The position numbers and the translations under genes were made by a program. The notes under the pieces are model-generated. The model was not told the origin of the DNA and did not search any database. It was given only the letters and a program-made list of their open reading frames with translations. Positions 12,179 through 24,553 of a stretch of DNA of 64,000 bases are shown piece after piece. Source of the DNA: Octopus sinensis (lineage: Eukaryota); NCBI RefSeq assembly GCF_006345805.1, contig NC_042999.1, forward strand, positions 37,882,001-37,946,000. The letters run 5' to 3'. How positions within the stretch are numbered: position 1 is the stretch's first letter; every line of letters starts with the position of its first letter.

Positions 12179-12428
12179 CACTTTATTTCACGTTGCTCCA
12201 GTTCACTCAGCTGTAGAAATGAGTTGCGACGTCACAGGTGCCAAGCTGTATCGACCTTTGTCTTTCCCTTGGATAACACTGGTGGCGTGGAGAGGGGAGG
12301 CTGGTATGCATGGGCGACTGCTGGCCTTCCATAAACAACCTTGCCCGGACTTGTGTCTAGGAGGGTAACTTTCTTGGTGCAATTTCATAGTCAGTCATGA
12401 CCGAAGGTGGTCTTTACCTTACTTTACC
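12179..12428 (+). mobile_element. CORE-type SINE (family C), 5'-truncated, ending in CTTTACCTT repeats
   Basis: CACTTTATTTCACGTTGCTCCAGTTCACTCAGCTGTAGAAATG resembles the distal CORE domain; tail GGTCTTTACCTTACTTTACCTT; tRNA head replaced by a fold-back copy. Confidence 0.6.
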
Positions 12429-12829
12429 TTATATATATGTACACGCACACATAAACATACAACTTCACAGCTGAATAAGTCTTTAAAGGTGATATTCGAG
12501 GTCGAGTGAAATTTCTCTCTCTTTCTATATCAACACATGTAGGTGTGTGTGTGCGTGCGTGTTTGTGTGTACATGTGTGCGTAACTGTGTCTCTATACGT
12601 ACGTGTGTATGGGTGCAAGCCTTATGCATGCTACATGCAATGCGTCAAAATGCTGAAGTAGAAACACTTCAATTTTTACAGCATTAAATTACATGTTGCT
12701 GTCAGGAAAATTAATGTATTTCTGACGTTTCAGTTTTACATTATGAGGGCGTTGGGTTCTCTTTTATGTTTTCATAGCTTTAGCATAGATAGCATAAGCG
12801 GTCGTTCATGTAATTAAGGGTATTTCCTA

Positions 12830-13700
12830 CAGAGCTACTACAAAGAGTAATGGGCCCCAAGAGAGTTCCCCGAGCGATCTCATTCAGAATTATTATATCC
12901 GTTGAAAGAACACCGTTTCCTGCATTCACTTGACTCCAACCTCTTAAAGTGTTATGCCGTCACTCTCCAAATTAGTAAAATATGCTGAGTCCATGTAGTT
13001 TGTGACAATATTCTATGATCAGCTTTATCGAACGCCTTTATAAACTCGATATTGAATGGTTGGACAGCTGTTTCAATATCTGTGAGTGACAGCTTTTAAC
13101 TGGAAAGAAACAATGTAGTGTCAATTAACAAAATTTATTTCAAGACGGCAATCAGTTTCATCTTGATAATTCGTCCTATGATTTATGAGGTATGTAAAAA
13201 GAAAGGGAGCTAGACATATAGCTTTTAGCATCTACAGTTATTTCTCACGTAAATAAGGTATTATTTAACACCTTCTTTGTGTTCCTCATGACGAGGAACT
13301 TACCACTGGCAATGAAGTTTTTAGAGATTGCATTTCAAGTAGTGTTACTATAGGCCTTTTGCATGCTTCCAGAAGAGCCGGGAACCTGTGAAGAACTGTT
13401 GCTGAATCTTAGATAAATCTATTTATGGTTATTAATACATCTTCCTCTTTTGCATCAATGTTATCGAATGATACACCATTCCTATGTATAGCTGTAGTAT
13501 TAAAGGAAACTTTAAAGCTATTTATTTGTATTGTGAGAACGTCATTGAATTGCCCATTCAATATTTTATTAGCCATTTTGAAGTTGTTACTTTGGAATAG
13601 CAACCCTATCTTCTTAGGCATTGAAAAAGGATTATCTTTCTGAATGTACAGAACATCTTGTGTAAGGGCTCTCTGGTTTTTGTGCGATTCACTTATTTCA
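12830..13700 (-). pseudogene. Heavily degraded CR1-group reverse transcriptase fragment
   Basis: Reverse strand gives KAFDKADHRIL (about 13030-13000), GTLLGP (about 12870-12850) and DNIDAKEEDVLITIN...FPALLEACKRP, parallel to the CR1 RT at 16737-18200; many stops. Confidence 0.65.
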
Positions 13701-14025
13701 TGCGGAAGCCGGCGAGCTGGCAGAATGGTTAGCACTCCGGGAAAAATTGCTTAACAATAAATAGTATGAGTATTTTACAGAAGTGAGTTGTTTTTTGGGT
13801 TCCTCGGATTTCAACCTAACGCACGGGAGTAATTAAGCACCGTCTCTTCGAAGGACTTCCGAGGAATTTCCGCTTATAATTTCCATTTCTAAAGAACTGT
13901 GCGAACGAAAGCATTAGAAAAACGTGTTTGATAGATGTGATGGATGTCTAGCAGGAAACCCAGAATAACGTGGTTGCCAAGTGAACTTCAGTTGAGAAGC
14001 ATACGGCCGCGTGTCTATCTGTTTG

Positions 14026-14106
<81 letters not shown>

Positions 14107-14294
14107 TACATACATACACACACATACATACACACAATATACATACACATACAGTTGCACATACGCACATGCATGTATACACATATACAAATGTATATAT
14201 ATTATATATTATATATATATATATATATGCAATTATATTTTATATATGTATGTATCTATCTATGTGTCGGTATTTATATATGCATGTGTGTATG

Positions 14295-14355
<61 letters not shown>

Positions 14356-14721
14356 ATACATGCGAGCAAGTGTGTGTGTATGAGTGTATATGTGTGTGTG
14401 TTTGTGTGTGTGTATGCGAAAGCACGTAGCGTAGTAAAATGAATGTTCAACTCACGATTGCAAAATAATGGTTTCAATTCTTAGACAAGTGGTGCATTGT
14501 GTTGTGGTGCAAAACACTTCATTTCACATTGCTCCAATCCTTTCAGCTGTGACAATGTTTAGGAGAAACTTAGGTCCGCCTTCCTAACCAGGGTGATGCA
14601 GTCACTTGAAAAGGTACGACAATGAGAAGCAGCGCATTGTGACCAGCGGTATATAACGTCCTCCCATAGCCCGGTCGAAAATGTGAACTACACACACGCA
14701 CACACACACACACATACACGT

Positions 14722-14752
<31 letters not shown>

Positions 14753-14921
14753 AACACATCCACACATCCACACACACATATATATAGACACATCCACATG
14801 TCTACATATATAAATCAATCAATCAAAGTATGTATGTATGTATGTATGTATGTATGTATGTATGTATGTATGTATGTATCTATCTATCTATCTCTCTCTC
14901 TCTCTATCTATCTATCTATCA

Positions 14922-14990
<69 letters not shown>

Positions 14991-15566
14991 GCTATCTATC
15001 CATCTTTCATATCCATATTTCAGTGGGTGTAGCTTGCACTGCACTACTCCCACCTATTGGCCCAAGAAGACTTTCGCCTTGTGACATGAAAATTGACAAA
15101 ACCAGGACCTTCCGATTTCGGAGATTTCCTTCTCCCAGGTAGATTACGAACCAGGATTAAAGAGCTTCTACCTATCCATGTCAGGTCGTTCTTGATTGCT
15201 ACTGGTAACATGTAATCCAGTACAATCTGTCGCATGGTCGGATAGTCGCCGACTAAAGTGGCAACCCTATGAGGCTTGCTTGGTGAGGAGGGTTTTGAAC
15301 ACGTTTGCTGTCGAGTAAACTATACTACAGAAAAAAGTGTTGTTTATTATCGGGGAGAGAACTATATTATCCATAATAATAAAGGGTAAAAGTAATTAAT
15401 TAATTAATTAATAATTAATTAATAATTCCACCATAAGATGCGATACCTCATTCGCATGATTTGAATTCGTTGGTTCTGGTCATTGGATATAGTTTGTCTG
15501 ATACTACTTGAATTGGATAGGTATGTTCAATTTTTTCAGTGCTTTCAAATTTAAAATCTTGAAATG

Positions 15567-15647
15567 CTGTGCTGATGAGGAAAATGATCAGATGAAGTAT
15601 GAATTTTACATTATTCATACCGATCTAATTCCGAAACGCGTCCACAG
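15567..15647 (+). ncRNA. Type I hammerhead ribozyme motif (Penelope/retrozyme style)
   Basis: CTGTG-CTGATGA-GGAA...TTCC-GAAAC-GC-GTC-CACAG: stem I CTGTG/CACAG, intact core, stem II GGAA/TTCC with long extension, minimal palindromic stem III, GUC cleavage triplet at 15640-15642. Confidence 0.75.
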
Positions 15648-15789
15648 GTAATCAAATCCGAATGAATTTCGTTGTTTTTCCTCTCTGTCTACGTGTATTG
15701 TTTGAGGATATGTTTTGTCCGGGAGTTTCTTCCTATAGTATATATATATATATTATATATATATAATATATATATATAATATATATATA

Positions 15790-15940
15790 TGTGTTGTTTT
15801 ACTCTTTATCTTTTATTAAACTTGTAACACTTTTTGATATATTTTAAAATAATATTAATTAATTAATTTTTATGTATTGGCTTAATGTTTTCATTGTTTG
15901 ATTTGCCTAAGATAGTTTTATCTCTAATTTAATATGATAT
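15790..15940. repeat. AT-rich interspersed repeat next to (TA)n, possibly Penelope pseudo-LTR
   Basis: TTTTATGTATTGGCTTA-TGTTTT-CA-TGTTTGATTTGCCTAA...TTTTATCTCTAAT recurs at 58352-58438 and 60688-60840; two of the three copies lie within a few hundred bp of hammerhead motifs. Confidence 0.55.
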
Positions 15941-16216
15941 ATATATATATATATATATATATACTATATATATTATATATATATATAAGGGACATGTTTG
16001 TTTTATTCAGAGAATATGGACTTAAGTTAAAGGCCCACAGAATTTGGTATGGTATTATCCATATAAATCAATGGGGTGATTATAATCAAAATAGCAAAGA
16101 GGAGTATCCAACGGTAGTGTAATACAATCCTTTCATGCTACGATTTTAATTAAACAATGTAAGTATTACATCAGTTTTTAAAATGTAGAGCACCCTATAT
16201 ATAATAAATATATATA

Positions 16217-16301
<85 letters not shown>

Positions 16302-16363
16302 TATATAATATATATAATATATATATATAATATATATATATATATATAATATATATATATTAT

Positions 16364-16658
16364 AATGGCACAGTGGTTAGGGCAGCGGACTCGCGGTCTT
16401 ATAGATCGCGGTTTCGATTCCCAGACCGAGCGTTGTGAGGTTTTATTGAGCGAAACCACCTAAAGCTCCGACAGGGGGTGGTGGCGATCCCTACTGTACT
16501 CTTTCGCCACAAACTTTCTCTCATTCTTTCTTCTGTTGGCCTGCTCGCTTAGCCAGCGCGGTGACGTCATTTGAAAACTAAAACAATGCGAAGCGAATTG
16601 TGACCAGCGATATGTAGCAGCATCTGATAGCCTGGTCGGTCACGGTGATTACGGTGAT
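16364..16658 (+). mobile_element. tRNA-derived SINE family T, tail type 3
   Basis: TGGCACAGTGGTTAGGGCAGCGGACTCGCGG...GGTTTCGATTCCCAGACC head, shared body, tail ending (CACGGTGAT)2. Confidence 0.85.
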
Positions 16659-16736
16659 ATATATATATTATATATATATATATATATGGTGATATATATA
16701 TATATATAATATATATACGTATATATATATATAATC

Positions 16737-18198
16737 CTAAATCCTTAAAAATGTTTTAGCCCGAAGGCCCGCCATGCTGGGGCACCACCGCTGAATGAGC
16801 CACACTAGTTTGTGAATCCACCTCTGATACTTGGCACTTGATCAACAAGGGAGTTCGATGCTGCTGCCCGCATCCGTGTCTCCTGTCGTGAGGTAGGTTC
16901 ATCTGGGACTCCCAACAAGAAGGGATCCAGTTTAGTTTTAAAGAAACCCACATCCACACCATGTAAGTCTCTCAGGCATTTAGGGAGGATGTTGAAAAGC
17001 TGTGGTCCTCTGAAACCCAAGCTGTTGCAGTATCTGGACCTGTATTTTGATGGTGATGTTGGAATCCTTGGCACCACGCAGCGGCGCCCCGGTTCTGCGG
17101 TTGGAGTAACTTTGAATGCCAAAGTTTGGGATAAGACCCTCCAGGATTTTCCAGATGTATATAACTGCATATCTCTCCCGCCTCCGCTCCAGGGAGAAGA
17201 GGTTTAATACCTTCAGTCTTTCCCAGTAGCTGACATTTTGCATTGAGACGATTTTCTTTGTGTAGCTTCTCTGAGTTGCTTCGAGTTCTGCTGTTTGTTT
17301 TATATTGTGTGGTGACCAAAGTTGGGAGCAGTAGTCCAAGCGGCTGAGGACAAATGTTTTCCATAGGACCATCAGTGTCCTCCTTCTCTCTTGTTCTGAA
17401 AGTTCGGAGAATCCATCCAGCTAGCCGTCTGCATTTTATCACCAGATTAGCAATATGCATTTGGAAAGATGCATCATTGCCATGTCAATGCCCAGGTCAC
17501 GCACTGATTTTGACTCAGGGATTGCAATTCTTCCTGGGCCAGTGTATCCAGTCTTCACGTCATTTACCTTTGTGCCAGTAGCGCAGGGCCTGGAACTTAC
17601 CTGCATTAAACTGCATGTTGTTGTCCTCAGCCCACCTGTATATTGTGTCCAGCTCATGTTGCAGATGCGCAATATTTTCAGGGTTCTGTATTGCGTGGGA
17701 GACCTTTGTGTCATCTGCATAGCTAGCAAGGGTGGTCATCGTAGCAACTGAAGGCATGTCTGAAAGGGCCACTATGAACATCAGTGGCCCAAGACAGTGC
17801 CCTGTGGGACACCGCTTGTTATTTGCGTTTCCCTGGAGGTGGCTCCATTGCTCACAACTGCCTGTTTTCTGTCTTTTAGGAAGTTGTGCAGCCACTCTCC
17901 AAGTTTCCCGCCTATGCAGAGACCACGCAGTTTGTGACAGATCATACCATGGTCGACTTTATCAAGGCTTTTGCAAAGTCAAGATATTTACACCATCCAC
18001 ATTTGAGCCATTTAGTAGCTGTTTCAACACCCAGTCCTAGTGTTTGCAGGAGCTGTGTTAGGCAGCCTCTACCTGGTCGAAATCCATGCTGGGTGTCAGA
18101 CAGTAAGTCATTTTCTTTCAAGGAACATGATTAGTTTCTTACGGACTATTCGTTCCATGACTTTGCTGATGTGTGAGGTCAGAGAGATAGGCCTAATT

Positions 18199-18200
<2 letters not shown>
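16737..18200 (-). mobile_element. CR1-group LINE, 5'-truncated, frameshifted RT
   Basis: RPISLTSHISKVMERIV, QHGFRPGR, LGPLMFIVALSDM...YADDTKVSH, FVLSRLDYCSQLWSP, LNLFSLERRRERY, FKTKLDPFLLGVPDEP across ORFs 17560..17895, 16980..17372 and 16805..17170; 3' tail ending AAAACATTTTTAAGGATTTAGG. Confidence 0.95.
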
Positions 18201-18238
<38 letters not shown>

Positions 18239-18304
18239 ATATTATATATATATATATTATAATATATATACGTATACATATATATACATACATAATTAAT
18301 CAAT

Positions 18305-18575
18305 ATAGGGTGGCAAAAAATTTTGTAGAATTTTTTTGCCACCAGCGGCCTAGTGGGAAAAAATTAAATAGTCATAGACCATTTTTAAGTTCAACATCAC
18401 AATCAAGGAACGGCCATAATAGCCATTCACCCACTAGAAATAACAGCCAAAGCTTCAAACCGCAAAATAACATCAATTCCGTATGGTTTACGGATTGATG
18501 TTATTTTGCGGTTGAAGCTTTGGCTGTTATTTCTAGTGGGTGAATGGCCTATTATGGCCGTCCTTGATTGTGATG
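18305..18575. repeat. Fold-back structure: transposon-end-like segment plus 89/87-bp inverted repeat
   Basis: Begins TATAGGGTGGCAAAAAA...TTTTTTTGCCACC; arms 18395-18483 and 18489-18575 separated by TGGTT. Confidence 0.8.
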
Positions 18576-18610
18576 ATATATATACATACATATATATATG
18601 TAGGTATACT

Positions 18611-18641
<31 letters not shown>

Positions 18642-19224
18642 CATATAATCATATATACATAAAATATATAAATATGTAAAATATATCTTCGTTTTCACGT
18701 ACATTATTTGATACAGGAATCAATAGATTGGTAGAGTGGATAGATTTATTTATTGTAAACAATTTTTCAGTGTATTTTGTGTTTCTCTCTCCGCTATACA
18801 CAATATGAGTTGACATTTGTAAGACTCAGGGTGAAATTGCAAACTTCGTTCAAAACACACAAACATACATGTATAAGTATACATGCATAAACACATACAC
18901 ACATGCATAAACATACACACACACATACACGCGCATTTAAATGTTGTATATACACACATTTATTCATATATGCATATGTATATATAGGTACACACACAAA
19001 CAAACACACACAAACACACACACACACTCTCTCTCACACACACACATATATATACACATATACACATACGCAAACACACACTCATATATATGTATATATA
19101 CAACGTAATCATGTGTTTGTGTAGGAGTATATATGTGTATATATATGTATATGTGATTACGTAAATATATGTATCTCTGGTTCTGTGTGACTCTCTTTAT
19201 ACATATGTATATATCTATATCCAA

Positions 19225-19236
19225 TGATTATCTATG

Positions 19237-19327
<91 letters not shown>

Positions 19328-19363
19328 GTATCTATCTATCTGTCTGTCTATCTATCTGTCTAT

Positions 19364-19448
<85 letters not shown>

Positions 19449-19449
19449 G

Positions 19450-19496
<47 letters not shown>

Positions 19497-19530
19497 CATG
19501 CATCTATCTATTTATTTATCCATCTATCGA
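19225..19530. repeat. (TATC)n tetranucleotide microsatellite
   Basis: About 300 bp of TATC units. Confidence 0.95.
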
Positions 19531-20227
19531 TATACATACATACATATATATCTATTACATATATCCAATGAAAATATGATAACATGTCATAAATTCTCTT
19601 TCTCTAACTTTAATATCAACTGTACGGACATTGCCATGCTATAATCAGATATCCAGAAATGATATCTGTATATATTATACAGTTATAGAAGACACTACCG
19701 TAAAATCACTCCAATTTCACAGCTTCTCCTATAACAATGTCTATTTTATAATTCAGAATTCCGAAATTTAAGATAACACTTTTAGACATCTGTTAGATTT
19801 TTCGCAAATAAATTCCAGAAAATCTGTAGAATATCGCCATAAATTTTACAGTTATTGCTGCTGGTGTTTCTTCTATTCGACTTGGCTTTCTGTTTGTTTC
19901 TTTCTTCATGCTGTTGAGAGTTGAATTTTGAGGTTATAAATTCGTGAGACGTTTTATGTGATAAACATGTGAAATTGATACACATATACAAACACACGAG
20001 CGCACACACACACCACACACAAACATATATGCGCGTGTGTGTATTTGTATGTGTGTATTTATGTGTGTTTGTTTGCATGTGTTTTGGTGTGTTTTTGTGT
20101 GTATGTATGTGAATATATGTGTGTACGTATACATCAATACTTATATATACATGTATGTATCTCTCTCTCTCCCCTTCTCTCTCTTTTCCTTTCCCTATGT
20201 CCACACACACGCTCATACGAGTATATA

Positions 20228-20445
20228 TACTCTTTCACTCTTTTACTTGTTTCAGTTATGTGACTGTGGCCATGCTGGAGCACCGCCTTTAGTCGAGCAA
20301 ATCGACCCCCAGGACTTATTCTTTGTAAGCTTAGTACTTATTCTAAAGGTCTCTTTTGTCGAACCGCTAAGTTACGGGGACACAAATACACCGGCATCGG
20401 TTGTCAAGCGGTGTTGAGGGGACAAGCACAGACACACAAGCATAT

Positions 20446-20490
<45 letters not shown>

Positions 20491-20655
20491 TACGACGGTC
20501 TTCTTTCAGTTTCCCTCTACAAAATCCACTCAAAAGGCTTTGGTCGGCCCGAGGCTATAGTAGAAGGCACTTGGCCAAGGTGCCACGCAGTGGGACTCAA
20601 CCCGGAACCATGTGGCCGGTAAGCAAGCTACTTACCACGCAGCCACTCCTACGCC
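20228..20655 (-). mobile_element. SINE family A, full length
   Basis: Same architecture as the other family A copies. Confidence 0.9.
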
Positions 20656-20965
20656 TATATACATATATATATATATATATAAAATTATTATACAAGAATG
20701 TTGTTGACAGTGACCTCGAAGTTTCGGCCAGTTAATCCATAGGGGTGATGTAAGATTGTTTTTGTAATTGAGCATAAAATCAAACATATATATATATATA
20801 TATGTATATGTGTGTGTATGTATGCGTGTGTGTACGTGTGTATGCGTGTACGTGTGTTTATGTGTATAGATTCCTAGGAGAAATTTAGATTCCATGTCTA
20901 TATTATTAGATATGACCGTGTGGATACGGATGTTACGTGGCGGGTGTTGCTGTTGTACGAAGCAG

Positions 20966-21200
20966 AGGCGGCGAGCTGGCAGAAACGTTAGCACGCCGGG
21001 CGAAATGCGTAGCCGTATTTCGTCTGCCGTTACGTTCTGCGTTCAAATTCCGCCGAGGTCGACTTTGCCTTTCATCCTTTCGGGGTCGATTAAATAAGTA
21101 CCAGTTACGCACTGGGGTCGATATAATCGACTTAAACCGTTTGTCTGTCCTTGTTTGTCCTCTCTGTGTTTAGCTCCTTGTGGGTAGTAAAGAAATAGGT
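20966..21200 (+). mobile_element. SINE family B (tRNA head plus Meta/MESC-like domain)
   Basis: GGCGGCGAGCTGGCAGAAACGTTAGCACGCCGGG...GCGTTCAAATTCC head; GGTCGACTTTGCCTTTCATCCTTTCGGGGTCGATTAAATAAGTACCAG resembles the Meta/MESC domain; further copies at 23290-23500, 28700-28909 and 44370-44770 (all -). Confidence 0.75.
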
Positions 21201-21214
21201 TGTACGAAGCAGAT

Positions 21215-22365
21215 GGTTGATTGTTGGGATCTGTACAGAGTTTCTATAGAGAAAGTAGAACGTGCGATAAGTCGGGTGTTGAAGTATGTGAGTGGTTTGA
21301 TGTGAAGTTGTTGTTAAGACAGGGTTGTGGTTGTTTAATCTATATATGGATGGTGTGATGAGAGAGGTGAATGCTAGAAACTTTGGTAGGGGAGGGCAAA
21401 TGGTGAGAGATAATGGAGAGAAATGGCAGGTGAGTCAGTTGTTTACTGAAGATACAGCACTGGCGGCGAATTCGGAAGAGCAACTGAGACTGGTGTTAGA
21501 GTTTGTTTGGAAGAGTGTGTGAGACAAAGAAACTGAAATTGAATGTAGCTGAGAGTAAGGTGACGACATGTTCGAGAGATGGAATTGCTGATAGGATGAA
21601 TGTGAGTATAAATGTTGAGATGTTAAAGGAGGTGAGTATTTAAAAATACATATGGGCGCAGGAGTGGCTGTATGGTAAGTAGCTTGTCTACCAACCACAT
21701 GGTTCCGGGTTCAGTCCCCCTGCGTGGCACCTTGGGCAAGTGTCTTCTACTATAGCCTCGGGCCGACCAAAGCCTTGTGAGTGGATTTGGTAGACGGAAA
21801 CTGAAAGAAGCCCGTCGAATATATGTATATATATATATGTGTGTGTTTGTGTGTCTGTGTTTGTCCCCTTAGCATTGCTTGACAACCGATGCTTGTGTGT
21901 TTATGTCCCCGTCACTTAGCGGTTCGACAAAAGAGACCGATAGAATAAGTACTAGGCTTACAAAGAATAAGTCCCGGGGTCGAGTTGCTCGATTAAAGGC
22001 GGTGCTCCAGCATGGCCGCAGTCAAATGACTGAAACAAGTAAAAGAGTAAAAGAGAGTAAGAGTATACATATCCGGGATCACATGTGACGGCGGATGGGG
22101 GTAGGTTGAGGAAGTGGAATATGGAGTGAGGGAGCGGAGTAAGATACATGGAGTTATGGAATCTATGCTGAGAGATAAAAGGCTGAGTATGAAAGCGAAA
22201 AGAGGTGTGTATGAGGGCGTGATTGTGCCGGCAATGTTATATGGTGCTGAGACGTGGGGGTCTGAGAGAGGCGGAAAGGAGGCGACTAGATATGTTTGAG
22301 ATGAGATGTTTGACGGCTATGGTTGGACAGGATGAGGTTTGAGGAGATGCGAAGGCAAACACAAA
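21215..22365 (+). mobile_element. RTE-clade LINE RT fragment, interrupted by a SINE
   Basis: WLFNLYMDGVMREV...QLFTEDTALAANSEEQL before and GSHVTADG...AKRGVYEGVIVPAMLYGAETW after the inserted SINE. Confidence 0.85.
21654..22064 (+). mobile_element. SINE family A, full length, with 8-bp target-site duplication
   Basis: Flanked by ATACATAT at 21646-21653 and 22065-22072. Confidence 0.95.
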
Positions 22366-22709
22366 CCAAAGATCCCCAAAATGTCCAATGCCATTCCCTG
22401 CAAATCTGGTTTTATATCAGAGTGACCTTCTCATAGGGACATGCTTCAACAGAAGCTGAGGGATGCCTCACTCCCAATGGTCCTTCAGTACACCGGACAC
22501 CAGCCCGGAAATTCTGCGTACCGGTGCTATTGCTAGATATAGCCGTTGAGCCTGCACTAGGTTCATCCGAACATTCAACAGGTCTTGTTTTCAAACCTGC
22601 TGGATTTCTAGCAACCTTCCTCATCAGGGTAGCCTAATGGGTGCGCCGGTTTAGTCGACGACAACCCGACCATGCAACAAGTTGTACTGGATTCCATGTT
22701 ACCAGTAGC

Positions 22710-23100
22710 ACATACATACATACATGCATACATACATACATACATACATACATACATACATTCACACATACATACATACATTCACACATACATACATACA
22801 TTCACACATACATTCATACATACATACATGCATACATACATACATTCACACATACATTCATACATACATACACACATACATTCATACATACCTACGTACA
22901 TACATTCATGTATACATACATACACACATTCATGCATACATTCATACATACATACATACATACACACACATACATACATACAAACCTACATACATTCATA
23001 CATACATACATACATACACACATACACACACACATACATACATACATACATACATACATACATACATACGTACATACGTACGTACGTACGTACGTACAAC
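22710..23100. repeat. (TACA)n microsatellite, degenerate
   Basis: About 390 bp of TACA/TTCA/CACA units. Confidence 0.95.
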
Positions 23101-23704
23101 GTACGTAAGATGTTCATCAACGGGGCGTGTATGCACAGAGGCGTGTTTGAAATGCGGTTTTGAATATTTACCCCCACATCTATGTCCGCTTAAGAAGAAA
23201 ACTAAGTTAATAAATGTTTTTGCTTCATCTTTTACAAACAAGAGAAACAGCTTTACTCATCAACTAAGCGCCATTCATAGTGGTTTCAAGCTGTGACACG
23301 GCACCATCAATTCAAGGGAAGGCATAAGTCGCTTACATGGACACCAGCTCGCAGCTGGCACTTATTGTGTCGACCTCCCAAAGGGATGAAACTCAAAGTC
23401 ACTTCTGCGGAATTTTAACTCAGAACGTAAAGTTGGATTAAATGCTACTAAGTATTTTGCCTGGCGTGCTAACGACTCTACCAGTTCGCCGCCTAAGCGC
23501 CATTTAAATTGGTACTATTTTAAAAAACATTTTCACGCGGGTAGTATTTCGCTTATCCGATCATGCTTGATACCGTCAACAACAACACCACCACCGATAT
23601 TGACATCAAACATTATCACACGTATAAACTATCTTCAAAAACGCAAGTACCCTTCAGGCGATATTTGCTTTAAAATAATGCTACGAAAAAGTCCATTCTT
23701 TCAT

Positions 23705-23776
<72 letters not shown>

Positions 23777-23909
23777 CTATCTATATTTGCCTGTATATGG
23801 GTATCTGTAGGTGTATTTGTATCGATAAGTATTTTGATACGTAGGAGTGTGCGTACATGGGTATGTAAACGTGGCTATGTGTATGTGTGTGTGTGTGTGC
23901 GCGCCCACG

Positions 23910-23940
<31 letters not shown>

Positions 23941-23941
<1 letters not shown>

Positions 23942-24115
23942 GAGTGGCTGTGTGGTAAGTAGCTTGCTAACCAACCACATGGTTCCGGGTTCAGTCCCAC
24001 TGCGTGGCATCTTGGGCAAGTGTCTTCTGCTATGGCCCCGGGCCGACCAATGCCTTGTGAGTGGATTTGGTAGATGGAAACTGAAAGAAGCCTGTCGTAT
24101 ATATGGATATATATG

Positions 24116-24168
<53 letters not shown>

Positions 24169-24375
24169 TGTTCGTGTGTTTGTGCCCCTAGCATTGCTTG
24201 ACAACCGATGCTGGTGTGTTTACGTCCCCGTCACTTAGCGGTTCGGCAAAAGAGACCGATAGAATAAGTACTGGGCTTACAAAGAATAAGTCCCGGGGTC
24301 GAGTTGCTCGACTAAAGGCGGTGCTCCAGCATGGCCGCAGTCAAATGTCTGAAACAAGTAAAATAGTAAAAGAGT
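23941..24375 (+). mobile_element. SINE family A, full length
   Basis: Head, internal (TA)(TG) microsatellite, tail GGCGGTGCTCCAGCATGGCCGCAGTC. Confidence 0.9.
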
Positions 24376-24478
24376 ATATCTGTACGCAGCCACGCAAACA
24401 TATACACACGCGCACACATATATGCATCTATGCCTGTATTGTGTTGTATCTATGTTTTGTCGACTTAAATAACATATG

Positions 24479-24553
<75 letters not shown>

